64,000 nucleotides of DNA, from the NCBI GenBank assembly GCA_963771465.1, contig CAVYTU010000007.1:1-64000 (forward strand). The letters are read 5' to 3'. The stretch comes from an uncultured delta proteobacterium. Its GTDB lineage: Bacteria; Desulfobacterota; Binatia; UBA9968. The translations under genes and the position numbers were made by a program. The notes beneath the pieces are model-generated. The model was given only the letters and a program-made list of their open reading frames with translations. It made no database searches and was not told where the DNA came from. Below are positions 1 to 12,854 of the stretch, piece after piece; the stretch's first letter is position 1; every line of letters starts with the position of its first letter.

Positions 1-543
1 CGCTGCTTCGATAAAGGCGAGGGACTCTTGCCACGACACATGACCCATACCGAGCGTGAGATCGTGGGCTTTGCAGCATTCGAGGATCTCGTAGCCGCTT
101 TTGATCAGCTTGCCTTTGTCATCAAGAAAGTAATAGTTCGGGTTCTCTAACTTGGCGTGGTTTTCATAGTAAGACTTGATGCGGCTGCTAAAACCTTTGC
201 GCTCCACGTCATTGCGCGCGCTCCAGGTCGGCAGGAAAATCATTTTGCCGCCGAGCGCGGCGCAAGCGTCGACGATGCACGGATTCGGTCCGCCAGCGGT
301 AATGTTCAGCGCGACGCTCGACCAGAGCGCGACGTTGGTTTGCACTGAAGACAAAATGTACGGCGTGACGTTCACCGTCGGCCACCAGTGCGATTTCAAC
401 ACCACGCCGCGCATGCCCATCGCCTCGGCTTTGGGAAGCCAGAGAAACTCCGGCTCGCGTTTGCGTTCCTGGGCGGAGAATTCAAAATCAATATGGCAGT
501 GAACGTCGATGACGCCTTCCATCATGTCGTCGTATAGAGTCAT
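1..543 (-). CDS. DUF6282-like amidohydrolase-fold protein (C-terminus runs off window)
   Basis: Manual translation from ATG at 543: MTLYDDMMEGVIDVHCH...GMRGVVLKSHWWPT...GHVS; HxH metal motif; not in ORF track. Confidence 0.7.
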   Translation of the reverse strand, partial: MTLYDDMMEGVIDVHCHIDFEFSAQERKREPEFLWLPKAEAMGMRGVVLKSHWWPTVNVTPYILSSVQTNVALWSSVALNITAGGPNPCIVDACAALGGKMIFLPTWSARNDVERKGFSSRIKSYYENHAKLENPNYYFLDDKGKLIKSGYEILECCKAHDLTLGMGHVSWQESLAFIEAA

Positions 544-710
544 GAGCTACTCCTTGGGAATTCGGAAATTCACCACAACAGGCGCACACGGATCACAAAG
601 CAAGGGAATCGGAGTCGGAGATTTAACCGCAATGAGCGCAAAGGGCGCAAAAGAAAATTCGTAAACCGACTACGCTCGAGCACGAGCACGAGCGACGGAC
701 ACGAATTTCG

Positions 711-1991
<1,281 letters not shown>

Positions 1992-2138
1992 AGGTTTGCC
2001 TCCAATAGTCGAACAGGCCGATTCGTCCTCCGAGGACTCTACTGAAAAAACCGCTGGAAGTCATCACCTGGCAATAGCGGCCCGGAGCGCTTGCGCTCCG
2101 CGCGTTTCACAAGCTACGATTCTTTTAGAATAACCTCT

Positions 2139-2690
2139 GTGGAGCTAAGCCAAAAACAAAAAGGCGTCGTGCGCGGCGTAATTCCTGCCGCGGTCAGCAC
2201 CGTCGTTGGCATGGGTGGCGTGTCGCTGCTGATTCCCATGAGCGCGCTGCCCGCGGACGAGGCTGGCGATCGGCTGGCATGGGCGATGCAGTGGGCGCTG
2301 TTGCCAATTCTTACTCTGATGATTTCCATTATGCGCGTGGCGAACCACAGATTCGCTTCGCCGGACGATATTGATGGCAGCGGTCTTACGGCGGGTACTG
2401 ATCGGGTGCTCGTGCTGCGGGCGATCTTGCAAAATACTTTAGAGCAGGCCGTGCTTGCGGTCGCGGCCTATCTGATTTGGGCAGTGGTCATGCCGTACGG
2501 CTGGCTACGCGCGATTCCCGTTGCGGCTTTGCTCTTCATGACGGGCCGGGTTTTCTTCGCGCGCGGATACGACGCCGGTGCGGCGGCACGGGCGATGGGA
2601 TTCGGCTTAACTGCCTATCCGACTTTCGGGATGTTGGCGACTGCGTCTGTTGCGCTACTGCTTCGCTTGATCCATTGGACGAACGGATGA
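2139..2690 (+). CDS. MAPEG family membrane protein (start uncertain)
   Basis: LQNTLEQ motif, GRVFF..GY, four hydrophobic helices. Confidence 0.75.
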   Translation: MELSQKQKGVVRGVIPAAVSTVVGMGGVSLLIPMSALPADEAGDRLAWAMQWALLPILTLMISIMRVANHRFASPDDIDGSGLTAGTDRVLVLRAILQNTLEQAVLAVAAYLIWAVVMPYGWLRAIPVAALLFMTGRVFFARGYDAGAAARAMGFGLTAYPTFGMLATASVALLLRLIHWTNG

Positions 2691-2807
2691 AATCTACGCG
2701 CCAAACCGGTTTTTCCTGATTGCAATGGCCGATCGGGTAGAGTTATTCAGTTGATGAGTCTTGGTTGGAAAGCTAGCCGCCAAATGAAACCGAGGGGAAG
2801 GCCGCCT

Positions 2808-3815
2808 ATGTTGCGCTCGCGTCGTTGCACGTTCGGTTTGCAAGAACTGTTCGTCGCGTTATTTCTCAACCTAACTGTGGTTTCGTTTTTGGACGCGGCG
2901 ACTCCCACCAAGAAGGTGACTCTCGTCTTCGCCGATTTCAGCGAGCGAGCCGGCCTACTGTTCGTCGCCAAGGATCAACGCTTTTTCGAAGAGCAAGGAT
3001 TGGATGTGGACGTGGTGCAGGTGCGCAGCGGGCCCATCGCCATTTCGGCACTGGCGGCCGGCGAGGCGCAGTTCTACAGCGTGTCGGCAACCGGCGCTTC
3101 GCTGGGCGCGATGGCCGGTGGGTTGGATATTGTTTTTGTCGCCGGGTTTATCAATCGACTCGACGGCTACTTCGCCGTGTCACCGCGAGTGCGCACGCCG
3201 GAAGACTTGAAGGGGAAAACGCTCGGCGTCCAAAGTATTGGCGGTGGTATCTGGATGTTCACACAGATATTGCTCGATCATTGGGGTCTCAGCGCCGAGC
3301 GAGACAAGATTCAGATTCGCGCGATTGGCGACGATTCCGTATTGGCCCAGTCCGTGATGACTGGTCTCATCGACGGCGCTGTGCTCGGTTATACCTATAG
3401 TCGAGTCGTTGCCCAGAAGGGCGGTCGTATCTTGGTGGAACTGCCGACGCTCAATATCAAATATCAAGGCACCGGCTTGGTGGCGCGCAAAAGTTTTATC
3501 GAAAGCTCGCCCGACGTGGTTGAGAAAACTCTCAGAGCGTTGATCAAAACAAACCGGTTCATTCAAGACAAAAGCAACCAGCCGGCGGTCGTGCGAAGTA
3601 TCAAAAAGTGGTTGCGCTTGGCGCCAACGGATAGCGGGGAAGATTTGTACGATCGCATCCGCTTGCTCTATGATCGGAGCATCATTCCAACCAGGGAAGG
3701 CGTGCAAAGCGCGCTGCAGTTGCTGGCCAAGACCGATGCGAAATTTGCTCGACTTAAGGCCGAGGACTTGATCGACGACCGCATTGCACGGAAACTGGAG
3801 AAGGAAAGCCCGTAG
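2808..3815 (+). CDS. ABC transporter substrate-binding protein, NMT1/SsuA-like
   Basis: Signal peptide, FFEEQGLDV, DLKGKTLGV. Confidence 0.85.
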   Translation: MLRSRRCTFGLQELFVALFLNLTVVSFLDAATPTKKVTLVFADFSERAGLLFVAKDQRFFEEQGLDVDVVQVRSGPIAISALAAGEAQFYSVSATGASLGAMAGGLDIVFVAGFINRLDGYFAVSPRVRTPEDLKGKTLGVQSIGGGIWMFTQILLDHWGLSAERDKIQIRAIGDDSVLAQSVMTGLIDGAVLGYTYSRVVAQKGGRILVELPTLNIKYQGTGLVARKSFIESSPDVVEKTLRALIKTNRFIQDKSNQPAVVRSIKKWLRLAPTDSGEDLYDRIRLLYDRSIIPTREGVQSALQLLAKTDAKFARLKAEDLIDDRIARKLEKESP

Positions 3816-3848
3816 TGAACATGCAATGAGGCAATTCGAACTCGGTGA

Positions 3849-3904
3849 TGTCATTTCGAGCGAAGCGAGAAATCTAAGATCCCTCACATTCGTTCGGGAT
3901 GACA
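3849..3904. repeat. REP-like intergenic palindrome
   Basis: TGTCATTTCGAGCGAAGCGAGAAATCT...GATCCCTCACATTCGTTCGGGATGACA forms an imperfect hairpin. Confidence 0.7.
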
Positions 3905-3950
3905 ACTAACGACTGGAGATCCCGATACCGTCTTTACGGAGGGGCAAATC

Positions 3951-5291
3951 ATGATCCGCATCGTGCATATCCTGAACCAGTTTTTCGCCGGCATCGGCGG
4001 TGAAGAGAAGGCTGATATTCCAGTTGTCATTGCCGACGGCGCGGCGGGAGCGGCGCGCGGGCTGCAAGCGCAGTTGGCTGAGCGTGGGGAAGTCGTCGCG
4101 ACGATTTACTTCGGCGACAATTATTTTCATGAACATAAGGACGAAGCGCTAGCGGTGATTACGGCTGAAATAGAAAAACGAAAACCCGATGTCGTGGTCG
4201 CCGGTCCGGCGTTTAACGCCGGACGCTACGGTCTGGCTTGCGTGGAGATTTGTCAGGCAGTCAACGAAAAGCTTGGCTTGCGCTGTGTTACCGGCATGGA
4301 GCCGGAAAATCCCGGTGTCAGCGTCTATCGCGATTATCACAATGACAAAGTATTTCTGCTGCCAACCAGCGAAACGGCGTCGGGAATGGCGCGTGCGCTG
4401 GCGGCACTGGCGCCGTTTGCATGCCGCTTGGCTAATGGTGAGGAAATTGGCTCCGCTGCTGCGGCAGGATATCTACCGCGCGGTATTCGCCGGTTGGTGC
4501 GGGTCGATCGTACCGGCGCGGATCGGGCGGTCGACATGTTGCTCGCCAAAGTTGCCGGCAAACCGTTTGCCACCGAAATACCGATGGAGGTTTGGGACAA
4601 GGTCGCACCAGCGGCGCCGCTCGCCGACGCGGCTCAGGCGAATTTGGCCGTCATTTGCACCGGCGGCGTGGTGCCGTGGGGCAATCCCGACGGCTTCAAG
4701 ACCTACCGCAATACGTTTTGGCGCAAGTATAATTTCGCTGAATTGAAAACCCTGGAGCCTGGCAAGTGGGAGGCGGTGCATGGCGGCTACAACATCGCCT
4801 TCATGAATCAAAATCCGCACTACGGCATGCCGCTCGACGCGCTGCGCGCGTTGGAAGCCGACGGCAAGATTGGCCGCGGCAAACTCTATCCCGCTTACTA
4901 TGTCATTCCCGGCAATCAAGGCTCGCCCGCGGTGATGCGCCAGGTCGGCCGGGAAATTTCCGCCGACTTGAAAAAAGACGGCGTCGACGGTGTGCTGCTG
5001 GTAGCGACCTGAGGAACCTGCAGTCGCAGCGGCGCTGTGATTAGCAAAGAACTCGACAGAGCAGGTCTTCCGGTGGCAGTGATCAGCGCAATGTATCCAG
5101 TGGCGCAGCAGGTTGGTGCTAGCCGCATTGTCAAAGGCGTAGCAATTCCTCATCCTTGTGGCGATCCCAGCTTGCCGGCGCAGTTGGATAGTCAACTGCG
5201 CCGCGAGATTGTAACGACGGCGCTTAAAGCTCTCGAAGCAAAAGTCGAAACGACCACCGTGTTCACGCCCAAAACCGGCGCGAATGGGTGA
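3951..5291 (+). CDS. glycine/sarcosine/betaine reductase selenoprotein B-like (Sec at UGA 5010-5012)
   Basis: NQFFAGIGGEEKAD, AGPAFNAGRYG, HGGY; in-frame VAT-UGA-GTCSRSG continues to GASRIVKGVAIPHPCGDP; hairpin 5022-5042. Confidence 0.9.
5019..5046 (+). promoter_or_regulatory. putative SECIS hairpin
   Basis: AGUCGCAGC-GGC-GCUGUGAUU stem-loop starting about 10 nt after the UGA. Confidence 0.7.
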
Positions 5292-5381
5292 GAGTCGTGA
5301 TCGTGTTCGTGGATCGTGTTCGTTTAGTTAGATTCTCGCGCAAAGACGCCACGAGACCAATATTTAACTTGAGGATGCGCT

Positions 5382-6689
5382 ATGCGACTTGAGATGGCTG
5401 AGTTTCCGGTACGCCAAATTCGTCTTGGCGATGCTTATGGCTATCAAGACGGTTTGCTGGACGTCGATCGCGAAGATTTGACTGGGCTCGTGTTGCGCGA
5501 TTCGCGCATTCAATCGGCTCGATTTGAAGTTGTCACACCTGGCGAACCGGTGCGCGTGACTGGCATTCGCGATGTGGTCGAGCCGCGCGCAAAGTTTGAC
5601 GGCGATGGCCAAGTATTTCCCGGCGTGATTGGTCCGGTATCGCCGGTGGGAATTGGCCTGACGCATCGACTCTCCGGCATGAGCGTGCTGGCCACGGCAG
5701 CTTATGAGGGAACGATTCGCGCCGGCACCGGCGTGCAGCGCAGCGCGATTCTCGATATGGCGGGCGCCGGCGCGGCGGCGTCGCGCTTCAGTGCGCTCAG
5801 CCATCTCGTCTTGATCATGGAGATCAAAAAAGGTTTGGCCGAGCTCGAAGCCCACGGCGCGATTCAACGCGCCGAGTTGGAAGTCGCGCGCAGATTGGCC
5901 GAAGCGACCCGCGGATTGACGCCCGCGAACGTAGAAATATTCGAATCGAATTTGGCGTCGCGCGATGCTCCCCGCGTGGCGCTGATCCAAGGCTGTTTGA
6001 CCGACGCGCAGCAGGCCCATTCCGGAATCAGCTATTACGGCCTGCCGATTCGCGAGTCGCTAACGACGGCGATGGATGCCAACGAGTTGCTCGACGGTGC
6101 GGTGACGGTCAACACGACGCGCTGTGTCGCCTATAGTCCGACGACTTGGGATTGGCAGAATCATCCGCTCGCTCTGGCGCTCCAACGAGCGCAGGCGGCG
6201 GGCCGGCTCAGTTTCGCCGGTGTGCTGCTTGAGCGGATCGCCTTCGATAATTTTCACGGCAAAGAAGTGGTGGCGCATAATACCGCGCAGCTGGCGGCGC
6301 AATTGGGCGCCGATGCGGCCTTGGTCACTTGGACCGGTTCGGGCAACGCATTTGTCGAAGTGATGCTGACGCTGCGCCGCCTGGAACAACGCGGCATCAA
6401 GACCACGCTGGTGACCTACGAATACGGCGGCAAAGACGGCGTCGATTCGCCGTTGTTGTACTATGTGCCCGAAGCGGATGCTGCGGTGAGCAGCGGTAGC
6501 CGCGATCGCTGGATCGAATTGCCCGAGGCGGAGAAAATCGTCGGGCCCTATCAAGAGATCAAAGTTCTTACTTATCCGGGCGCGCCGCTGACATCAGCGC
6601 GCGGCCGATTTACCCTCGACGCCCGCGACATGATCGTTGGCGGCGTCGACAACTGGGGCGGCGATCGTTGGGCTTGTGAATTATTCTGA
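5382..6689 (+). CDS. glycine/sarcosine/betaine reductase component B proprotein (GrdE-like)
   Basis: PGEPVRV..IRDVVEPRAK, GLTHRLSG, ELLDGAV, QNHP, GKDG.DSPL. Confidence 0.85.
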   Translation: MRLEMAEFPVRQIRLGDAYGYQDGLLDVDREDLTGLVLRDSRIQSARFEVVTPGEPVRVTGIRDVVEPRAKFDGDGQVFPGVIGPVSPVGIGLTHRLSGMSVLATAAYEGTIRAGTGVQRSAILDMAGAGAAASRFSALSHLVLIMEIKKGLAELEAHGAIQRAELEVARRLAEATRGLTPANVEIFESNLASRDAPRVALIQGCLTDAQQAHSGISYYGLPIRESLTTAMDANELLDGAVTVNTTRCVAYSPTTWDWQNHPLALALQRAQAAGRLSFAGVLLERIAFDNFHGKEVVAHNTAQLAAQLGADAALVTWTGSGNAFVEVMLTLRRLEQRGIKTTLVTYEYGGKDGVDSPLLYYVPEADAAVSSGSRDRWIELPEAEKIVGPYQEIKVLTYPGAPLTSARGRFTLDARDMIVGGVDNWGGDRWACELF

Positions 6690-6706
6690 GCCGTTTGGAG
6701 GCGTGA

Positions 6707-7429
6707 GTGGCGGACAAAGCGAAACAGATTATTCCCATCGGCGGCGGCGGTTTTTACCGCGATGCGGAGAATCTTGCGCTGGAGAAGTACGTCATCCGGC
6801 AAAGCGGCGCTGAAAATGCGCGGGTCTGCTTCGTGCCCACCGCGAGCGGCGAACCGGATCATTACGTCGCTAGCTTCTACTCTGCTTTTTTGAAACTTGG
6901 CTGCCGCCCATCGGTGCTGACGTTTTTCAAACGCACGCCCGACTTGCGCTCGTTGCTGCTCAATCAGGACGTGATTTACGTCGGCGGCGGCAACACCAAG
7001 AGTTTGCTCGCCGTATGGAGCGACTGGGGCGTCAGCGAGATTCTCCGTGAAGCGTGGCAATCCGGCGTCGTGCTCACCGGTGTAAGCGCGGGCGCGATCT
7101 GTTGGTTCGAACAGGGCCTCACCGATTCTTTTTCCGACGGTCTTCGTGTGCTCGATTGTTTGGGATTTCTCCCCGGCAGTTGTTGTCCGCATTTTGACGG
7201 CGAAGTGCAGCGCCGGCCGTCGTATCACAAACTGTTGGCGTCCGGTGCGATAACGGCCGGCGTCGCTATCGAAGACTGGGCCGGAGTGCATTTTATCGGC
7301 GGGGAAATTCATAAAGTGATCGCGTCCAAGCGTGGTGCGCGGGCTTACAGTATGCGCGAAACCCATGGCTCGGTGCAGGAGGTGGCGCTGGCGGGCGAAT
7401 TTCTCGAAGCGTCGTCGTCGATCGACTAA
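6707..7429 (+). CDS. pepE: peptidase E (S51 family)
   Basis: FVPTASG, IYVGGGNT, GVSAGAICW, CPHFD. Confidence 0.85.
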   Translation: MADKAKQIIPIGGGGFYRDAENLALEKYVIRQSGAENARVCFVPTASGEPDHYVASFYSAFLKLGCRPSVLTFFKRTPDLRSLLLNQDVIYVGGGNTKSLLAVWSDWGVSEILREAWQSGVVLTGVSAGAICWFEQGLTDSFSDGLRVLDCLGFLPGSCCPHFDGEVQRRPSYHKLLASGAITAGVAIEDWAGVHFIGGEIHKVIASKRGARAYSMRETHGSVQEVALAGEFLEASSSID

Positions 7430-7571
7430 TTCACGACTTCAAACCGCGTTGGTTCGCTGTCGATGCACAGACAAGCGATTGTCTGACTATCGTGTAGGCA
7501 ATTGCTCTTTCTGGCTCGCTATCGAATGAGCGGCAGCATCGAATTCTTTGATCTTATTGCTGTCGTCTTGA

Positions 7572-7586
7572 TGGCATAGTGATTGC
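7572..7586 (+). promoter_or_regulatory. sigma54 -24/-12 promoter of ackA-xfp
   Basis: TGGCATAGTGATTGC matches TGGCA-N6-TTGC (GG-N10-GC). Confidence 0.7.
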
Positions 7587-7621
7587 TGTCAGTAAATTTG
7601 ATCCCGGAAATTAAGCTTTCT

Positions 7622-8845
7622 ATGAATATCCTGGTGCTAAATTGCGGTAGCTCGTCAGTTAAATTTCAGCTGGTCGATAGCAAGGACGCTTCGACCGCTA
7701 CCCATACCGCTCGCAAGCTCGCCACCGGTTTAGTCGATCGTCTCGGCCCGAATTCAACGTTGAAGATCAAGTTCACCGGCGGGAGCGGTTCGACCGCTGA
7801 GAAAGTCGCTGCGCCCGATCACGAGGCTGCCGTGCGCTTGATTGTCGATCGTCTCGATTCGGACCTGTCCGGTGCTGCCGCGAGACGCGTTGATGCGGTC
7901 GGCCACCGGGTGGTGCACGGCGCCGATCTTTTTACTGCGGCGGCGGCACTCGACGATCAAACTCTGGCCAAGATCGAGTCGTTGAATGATCTCGCGCCGC
8001 TGCATAATCCGGCGGCGCTGAGCGGCATTTATGCGGCGCGAAAAATCTTCGGACCGGCACTGCCGATGGCGGCGGTTTTCGATACGGCATTTCACGCGAC
8101 CATTCCGCCGCTAGCCGCGACCTACGCGATCGACGACGAACTCGCCAAGAAGCACCATATTCGCCGTTACGGTTTTCACGGCATGGCCCATCGATATTCA
8201 CTCCTGCGTTATGCCGAACTCAGCGGGCGGGCCGAGCGCGACGTGAATATCGTGACTCTGCATCTCGGCAATGGTTGTTCCGCGTGTGCGATCCGCGCCG
8301 GCGCATCGACGGACACCTCGATGGGATTCACCCCACTCGAAGGTCTGGTGATGGGCACGCGCTCCGGTGATCTCGATGCGGCGCTGGTCGCATACTTGGC
8401 GCGCAAGGAAAACGTCAGTGCCGCCGAGGTCGAAAGCTGGCTCAATCATCGCTCCGGCCTGCTCGGCTTGTCCGGGCTTTCCAACGACATGCGCGAACTG
8501 CTCGCCGCTTACGATTCCAATCCACGCGCACGTCTCGCCGTGGAGGTGTTCTGCTATCGGGCGCGCAAATATCTAGGTGCGTACCTGGCCGCGCTCGGCG
8601 GCGCGCAAGCCGTGATCTTCAGCGGTGGTATCGGCGAGAACGCGCCAGTGGTCCGGGAAAAGATCTGCGCCGGCATGGAGTGGTGCGGCTTGCGGCTGGA
8701 CAAGGACAAGAATAATTCCACCGTCGGCGCTGAAGCGCGCATCTCGGCTGTGGACGCGCGCATTCAGGTTTACGTGATCCCGAGCGACGAAGAAGCGATC
8801 ATTGCGCGCGAGACGGCGCGTTTGTTTGAATCCGCGGCGGGTTAA
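7622..8845 (+). CDS. ackA: acetate kinase
   Basis: [57 protein letters not shown]. Confidence 0.96.
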   Translation: MNILVLNCGSSSVKFQLVDSKDASTATHTARKLATGLVDRLGPNSTLKIKFTGGSGSTAEKVAAPDHEAAVRLIVDRLDSDLSGAAARRVDAVGHRVVHGADLFTAAAALDDQTLAKIESLNDLAPLHNPAALSGIYAARKIFGPALPMAAVFDTAFHATIPPLAATYAIDDELAKKHHIRRYGFHGMAHRYSLLRYAELSGRAERDVNIVTLHLGNGCSACAIRAGASTDTSMGFTPLEGLVMGTRSGDLDAALVAYLARKENVSAAEVESWLNHRSGLLGLSGLSNDMRELLAAYDSNPRARLAVEVFCYRARKYLGAYLAALGGAQAVIFSGGIGENAPVVREKICAGMEWCGLRLDKDKNNSTVGAEARISAVDARIQVYVIPSDEEAIIARETARLFESAAG

Positions 8846-8865
8846 CCGTCGGCGAGGAGGATGCC

Positions 8866-11229
8866 ATGGCCAACGTTCTATCGGAAAACGAGATCACCAG
8901 CCTCGACGCTTACTGGCGCGCCGCCAATTATCTCTCGGTGGGGCAAATTTATTTGCTCGATAACCCGCTGCTCAAGGAGCCGCTTAAAACGGCGCATATC
9001 AAGCCGCGGCTGCTCGGCCACTGGGGCACGACGCCGGGATTGAATTTTATCTACGCCCACTTGAATCGGGTGATCGGCAAAAACGATTTGAGCGTGATCT
9101 ACATCGCCGGTCCCGGTCACGGCGGTCCGGGCATCGTCGCCAACGTTTATCTCGAAGGAACGTACAGCGAAGTTTATCCCAACATCTCGCAAGACGAGGA
9201 AGGCATTAAAAATCTGTTCAAGCAGTTTTCTTTTCCCGGTGGGATTCCGAGCCACGTGGCGCCGGAAACGCCCGGCTCGATCCATGAGGGCGGCGAGCTC
9301 GGCTACGCGCTCTCCCATGCCTACGGCGCGGCGTTCGACAACCCCGACCTGGTCGTCGCCTGCGTCATCGGCGACGGCGAAGCGGAGACCGGTCCGCTGG
9401 CCACCGCGTGGCATTCGAATAAGTTTCTCAACCCGGTGAGCGACGGCGCGGTGCTGCCGATCCTGCATTTAAACGGCTACAAGATCGCCAACCCGACGGT
9501 GCTTGCTCGTATCAGTAAAGAAGAACTGGAAAGCCTGTTTCGCGGTTACGGTTACCATCCCTATTTCGTCGAAGGCCACGAGCCGATGGCGATGCACGAG
9601 GCCATGGCAGCGACGCTCGATACGGCGTGCGCCGAGATCAAAACGATCCAGGACGCCGCACGCCGCAACGGCGTCACTCAACGGCCGCGCTGGCCGATGA
9701 TCGTCCTGCGCACGCCGAAAGGCTGGACCGGGCCGAAGCAAGTCGACGGCGAGCAGGTTGAAGGCACCTGGCGCTCGCACCAAGTGCCGATGGGGCACAT
9801 GGAGTCGCCGGAGCATTTAAAGATTCTCGAAGCCTGGATGAAAAGTTACCGGCCCGAGGAGCTCTTCGACGCCGACGGCGCGCTGGTGGCGCGGCTTCAG
9901 GCGTTGGCGCCGAAAGGTGCTCGTCGCATGGGCGCCAATCCCGTGGCCAACGGCGGTTTGCTGCTCAAAGATTTGCGTATGCCCGACTTCCGCACCTATG
10001 CCGTGGAGGTCAAAGAACCCGGCGTGGTGATCGCCGAAGCGACCCGCGTCATGGGCAAGCTGCTGCGCGACGTGATGCGGCTCAACCTGGACGCTCGCAA
10101 TTTCCGCGTCTTCGGTCCCGACGAAACGAGCTCCAACCGCCTCGATGCGCTGTTCGAAGTGACCGACAAGACATGGCTCGCCGACACCACCGCCGACGAC
10201 ATTCAACTGTCGCCGCGCGGACGGGTGATGGAAATTTTGAGCGAGCATACCTGTCAGGGGTGGCTCGAGGGTTATCTGCTCACGGGACGCCATGGCCTGT
10301 TTTCTTCCTACGAGGCCTTCATTCACATCGTCGACTCGATGTTCAACCAGCACGCCAAATGGCTCAAGACCACGAGCAAGGAAATTCCCTGGCGCGCGCC
10401 CATCGCCTCGCTCAATTATCTGCTCTCGTCCCATGTCTGGCGTCAGGACCACAACGGCTTTTCGCATCAGGATCCCGGCTTCATCGATCATGCCTGCAAC
10501 AAAAAAGCCGACACGATCCGCGTCTATTTGCCGCCCGATGCTAACAGTTTGCTTTCGGTGACCGATCACTGTCTGCGCAGCCGCAACTTCATCAACATCA
10601 TCGTCGCCGGAAAACAGCCGGCGCTGCAGTATCTCGACATGGACGCGGCGATCAAACATTGCACGGCCGGCATCGGCATCTGGGAGTGGGCGAGCAACGA
10701 CAAGGACGGCGAGCCCGACGTCGTGATGGCCTGCGCCGGCGATATTCCGACATTGGAAACACTCGCGGCGGTGCACCTGCTACGCCGAACCATGCCCGAC
10801 TTGAAAATTCGCTTTATCAACGTCGTCGATCTGATGACGCTGCAGCCGGCGGAAGAGCATCCGCACGGCTTGTCTTCGAAGGATTTCGATGCGCTCTTTA
10901 CGCCCGACAAGCCGATTATCTTCGCCTACCATGGCTATCCCTGGCTGATTCACCGCCTGACCTATCGGCGCACCAATCATGACAATTTGCACGTGCGCGG
11001 CTACAAGGAAGAGGGAACCACGACTACGCCCTTCGACATGGTCGTGCTCAACGACATGGACCGGTTTCACCTGGTGGCGGATGTGATCGATCGTGTGCCC
11101 AAGCTCGGCTATCACGCGGCTTACGCCAAGCAGGCGACTCGCGACAAGCTGATCGAGCACAAAGAGTACATTACGAAGCACGGCGACGATTTGCCGGAGG
11201 TTCGCGATTGGCGCTGGACGAAATTGTAA
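8866..11229 (+). CDS. xfp: xylulose-5-P/fructose-6-P phosphoketolase
   Basis: [44 protein letters not shown]. Confidence 0.96.
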   Translation: MANVLSENEITSLDAYWRAANYLSVGQIYLLDNPLLKEPLKTAHIKPRLLGHWGTTPGLNFIYAHLNRVIGKNDLSVIYIAGPGHGGPGIVANVYLEGTYSEVYPNISQDEEGIKNLFKQFSFPGGIPSHVAPETPGSIHEGGELGYALSHAYGAAFDNPDLVVACVIGDGEAETGPLATAWHSNKFLNPVSDGAVLPILHLNGYKIANPTVLARISKEELESLFRGYGYHPYFVEGHEPMAMHEAMAATLDTACAEIKTIQDAARRNGVTQRPRWPMIVLRTPKGWTGPKQVDGEQVEGTWRSHQVPMGHMESPEHLKILEAWMKSYRPEELFDADGALVARLQALAPKGARRMGANPVANGGLLLKDLRMPDFRTYAVEVKEPGVVIAEATRVMGKLLRDVMRLNLDARNFRVFGPDETSSNRLDALFEVTDKTWLADTTADDIQLSPRGRVMEILSEHTCQGWLEGYLLTGRHGLFSSYEAFIHIVDSMFNQHAKWLKTTSKEIPWRAPIASLNYLLSSHVWRQDHNGFSHQDPGFIDHACNKKADTIRVYLPPDANSLLSVTDHCLRSRNFINIIVAGKQPALQYLDMDAAIKHCTAGIGIWEWASNDKDGEPDVVMACAGDIPTLETLAAVHLLRRTMPDLKIRFINVVDLMTLQPAEEHPHGLSSKDFDALFTPDKPIIFAYHGYPWLIHRLTYRRTNHDNLHVRGYKEEGTTTTPFDMVVLNDMDRFHLVADVIDRVPKLGYHAAYAKQATRDKLIEHKEYITKHGDDLPEVRDWRWTKL

Positions 11230-11324
11230 AACCGCTCACTTCGCTGTCGCCTTGCCGTCGCGCAGCGCTCGCTGCTGCAGTTTCAACTGTGGAATTCGGC
11301 TTGAATCGTTTGTGCGACGAAACG

Positions 11325-11714
11325 TCAAAGATCGTAGATCGGCGTGTGGATCGCGACATGTTCGCCCTGGGCAATGGCGCTGACGATATCGGCGCGGCTG
11401 ACGATGCCGACGATCGCCGCGCCGTTCATCACCGGTAGACGCTTGATCGCATGGGTCGTCATCAGTTGCGCGACCTCCTCGACGGTGGCATCTTCGCTGA
11501 CGCTGATCACTTTCTTGCTCATGATCGCGCGCACGTCTTTGCCTTTCTTGCTGATGATGTCGGCCTCCGAGACGACGCCGAGGATTTTGCCGTCTTTGCC
11601 CGCCACCGGCGCGCCGCTGATCTGGTTTTTGATTAGCGTCATGGCCAAGTCTTTTATCTTCATGCTTGGGCTGACGGTAATGATGTCCCGCGTCATGATT
11701 TCTTTGGCGTTCAT
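11325..11714 (-). CDS. CBS domain protein
   Basis: Tandem CBS repeats (ISGAPV..GVVSEAD; IKRLPV..GIVSRAD). Confidence 0.9.
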   Translation of the reverse strand: MNAKEIMTRDIITVSPSMKIKDLAMTLIKNQISGAPVAGKDGKILGVVSEADIISKKGKDVRAIMSKKVISVSEDATVEEVAQLMTTHAIKRLPVMNGAAIVGIVSRADIVSAIAQGEHVAIHTPIYDL

Positions 11715-11726
11715 CGCTGATTCCTC

Positions 11727-12740
11727 CTAGAGTCCTTTCTCGACCATTAGCATCGCGAGATCGGCGACGCGGCAACTGTAACCCCACTCATTGTCGTACC
11801 AACTGAGCACTTTGGCCATACTGCCGTCGAGGACGACGGTCGAAAGACCATCGACGATCGACGATGCCGGATTAGCACGGAAGTCGCTGGAAACCAACGG
11901 CTCGTCGCAAAAAACCAGCACGCCGTTCATCTTGCCATCGGCGGCGTTTTTAAGCGCGTCGTTGATCGATTCCACCGTCGCGGATCTCTTGAGATCGACG
12001 ACCAGGTCGACGACGGATACGGTGGTTGTCGGAACGCGCAAGGAAATGCCGTGCAGTTTGCCTTTCAGTTCGGGCATGACCAAGCCGATCGCTTTGGCCG
12101 CCCCGGTGCTGGTCGGCACGATGTTGACCGCCGCGGCGCGCGCACGGCGCAGATCTTTGTGCATGAGATCGAGAATTCTCTGATCGTTGGTGTAAGCATG
12201 GGTCGTGGTCATCAAGCCACGCTCGATACCGAAGGTGTCGTGCAGCACCTTGGCCACCGGCGCGAGGCAATTGGTCGTGCACGACGCGTTGGACACGATG
12301 TGATGCTTGCGCGGGTTGTAGTCTTTATCGTTGACGCCGAGCACCAGCGTGATGTCTTCGTTGGTTGCGGGGGCGGTGATGATCGCCTTCTTGGCGCCGG
12401 CGTCCAGATGGGCGCGTACTTGGGCGCCGTCGGTAAAGACGCCGGTGGCGTCGATGACGATATCGACGCCGAGTTGCTTCCAAGGCAGGCGCGCCGGCTC
12501 TTTCTGATTGAGCACGGCGATGTTGCGGCCGTCGACTTTCATCGCGCCGTCGCCGAGCTCGATCTTGCCGGGATAGATTCCATAGGTCGAATCGTAACGA
12601 AATAAATGGGCGTTGGTCTTTAAGTCGGCCATGTCGTTGATGGCGACGACGGCCAGTTCTTGCTTGTAACGTCCGAGCAGTGTGCGTAGGACGAGCCGGC
12701 CGATGCGGCCGAAGCCGTTGATTGCGATAGAAGTTGCCAT
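11727..12740 (-). CDS. gap: type I glyceraldehyde-3-phosphate dehydrogenase
   Basis: [30 protein letters not shown]. Confidence 0.97.
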   Translation of the reverse strand: MATSIAINGFGRIGRLVLRTLLGRYKQELAVVAINDMADLKTNAHLFRYDSTYGIYPGKIELGDGAMKVDGRNIAVLNQKEPARLPWKQLGVDIVIDATGVFTDGAQVRAHLDAGAKKAIITAPATNEDITLVLGVNDKDYNPRKHHIVSNASCTTNCLAPVAKVLHDTFGIERGLMTTTHAYTNDQRILDLMHKDLRRARAAAVNIVPTSTGAAKAIGLVMPELKGKLHGISLRVPTTTVSVVDLVVDLKRSATVESINDALKNAADGKMNGVLVFCDEPLVSSDFRANPASSIVDGLSTVVLDGSMAKVLSWYDNEWGYSCRVADLAMLMVEKGL

Positions 12741-12787
12741 GATCGTTCCTTTCAGCGAATTGCGGCTCCCATGACGATTAGAGTCAT

Positions 12788-12803
12788 AGCGATTTCCGTG
12801 CCG
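12788..12803 (-). promoter_or_regulatory. sigma54-like promoter of gap
   Basis: Minus strand CGGCACGGAAATCGCT (GG-N10-GC). Confidence 0.55.
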
Positions 12804-12854
12804 CTGATTTTTTCATTGTCGTGAGACAAGCACAAGCAATCGGTTGATTCTTTC

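Noticed and set aside
9817-10776. Long antisense ORFs (e.g. opposite xfp, anSME, phoX)
   Set aside because: Shadow frames expected from high-GC codon bias; no recognisable motifs
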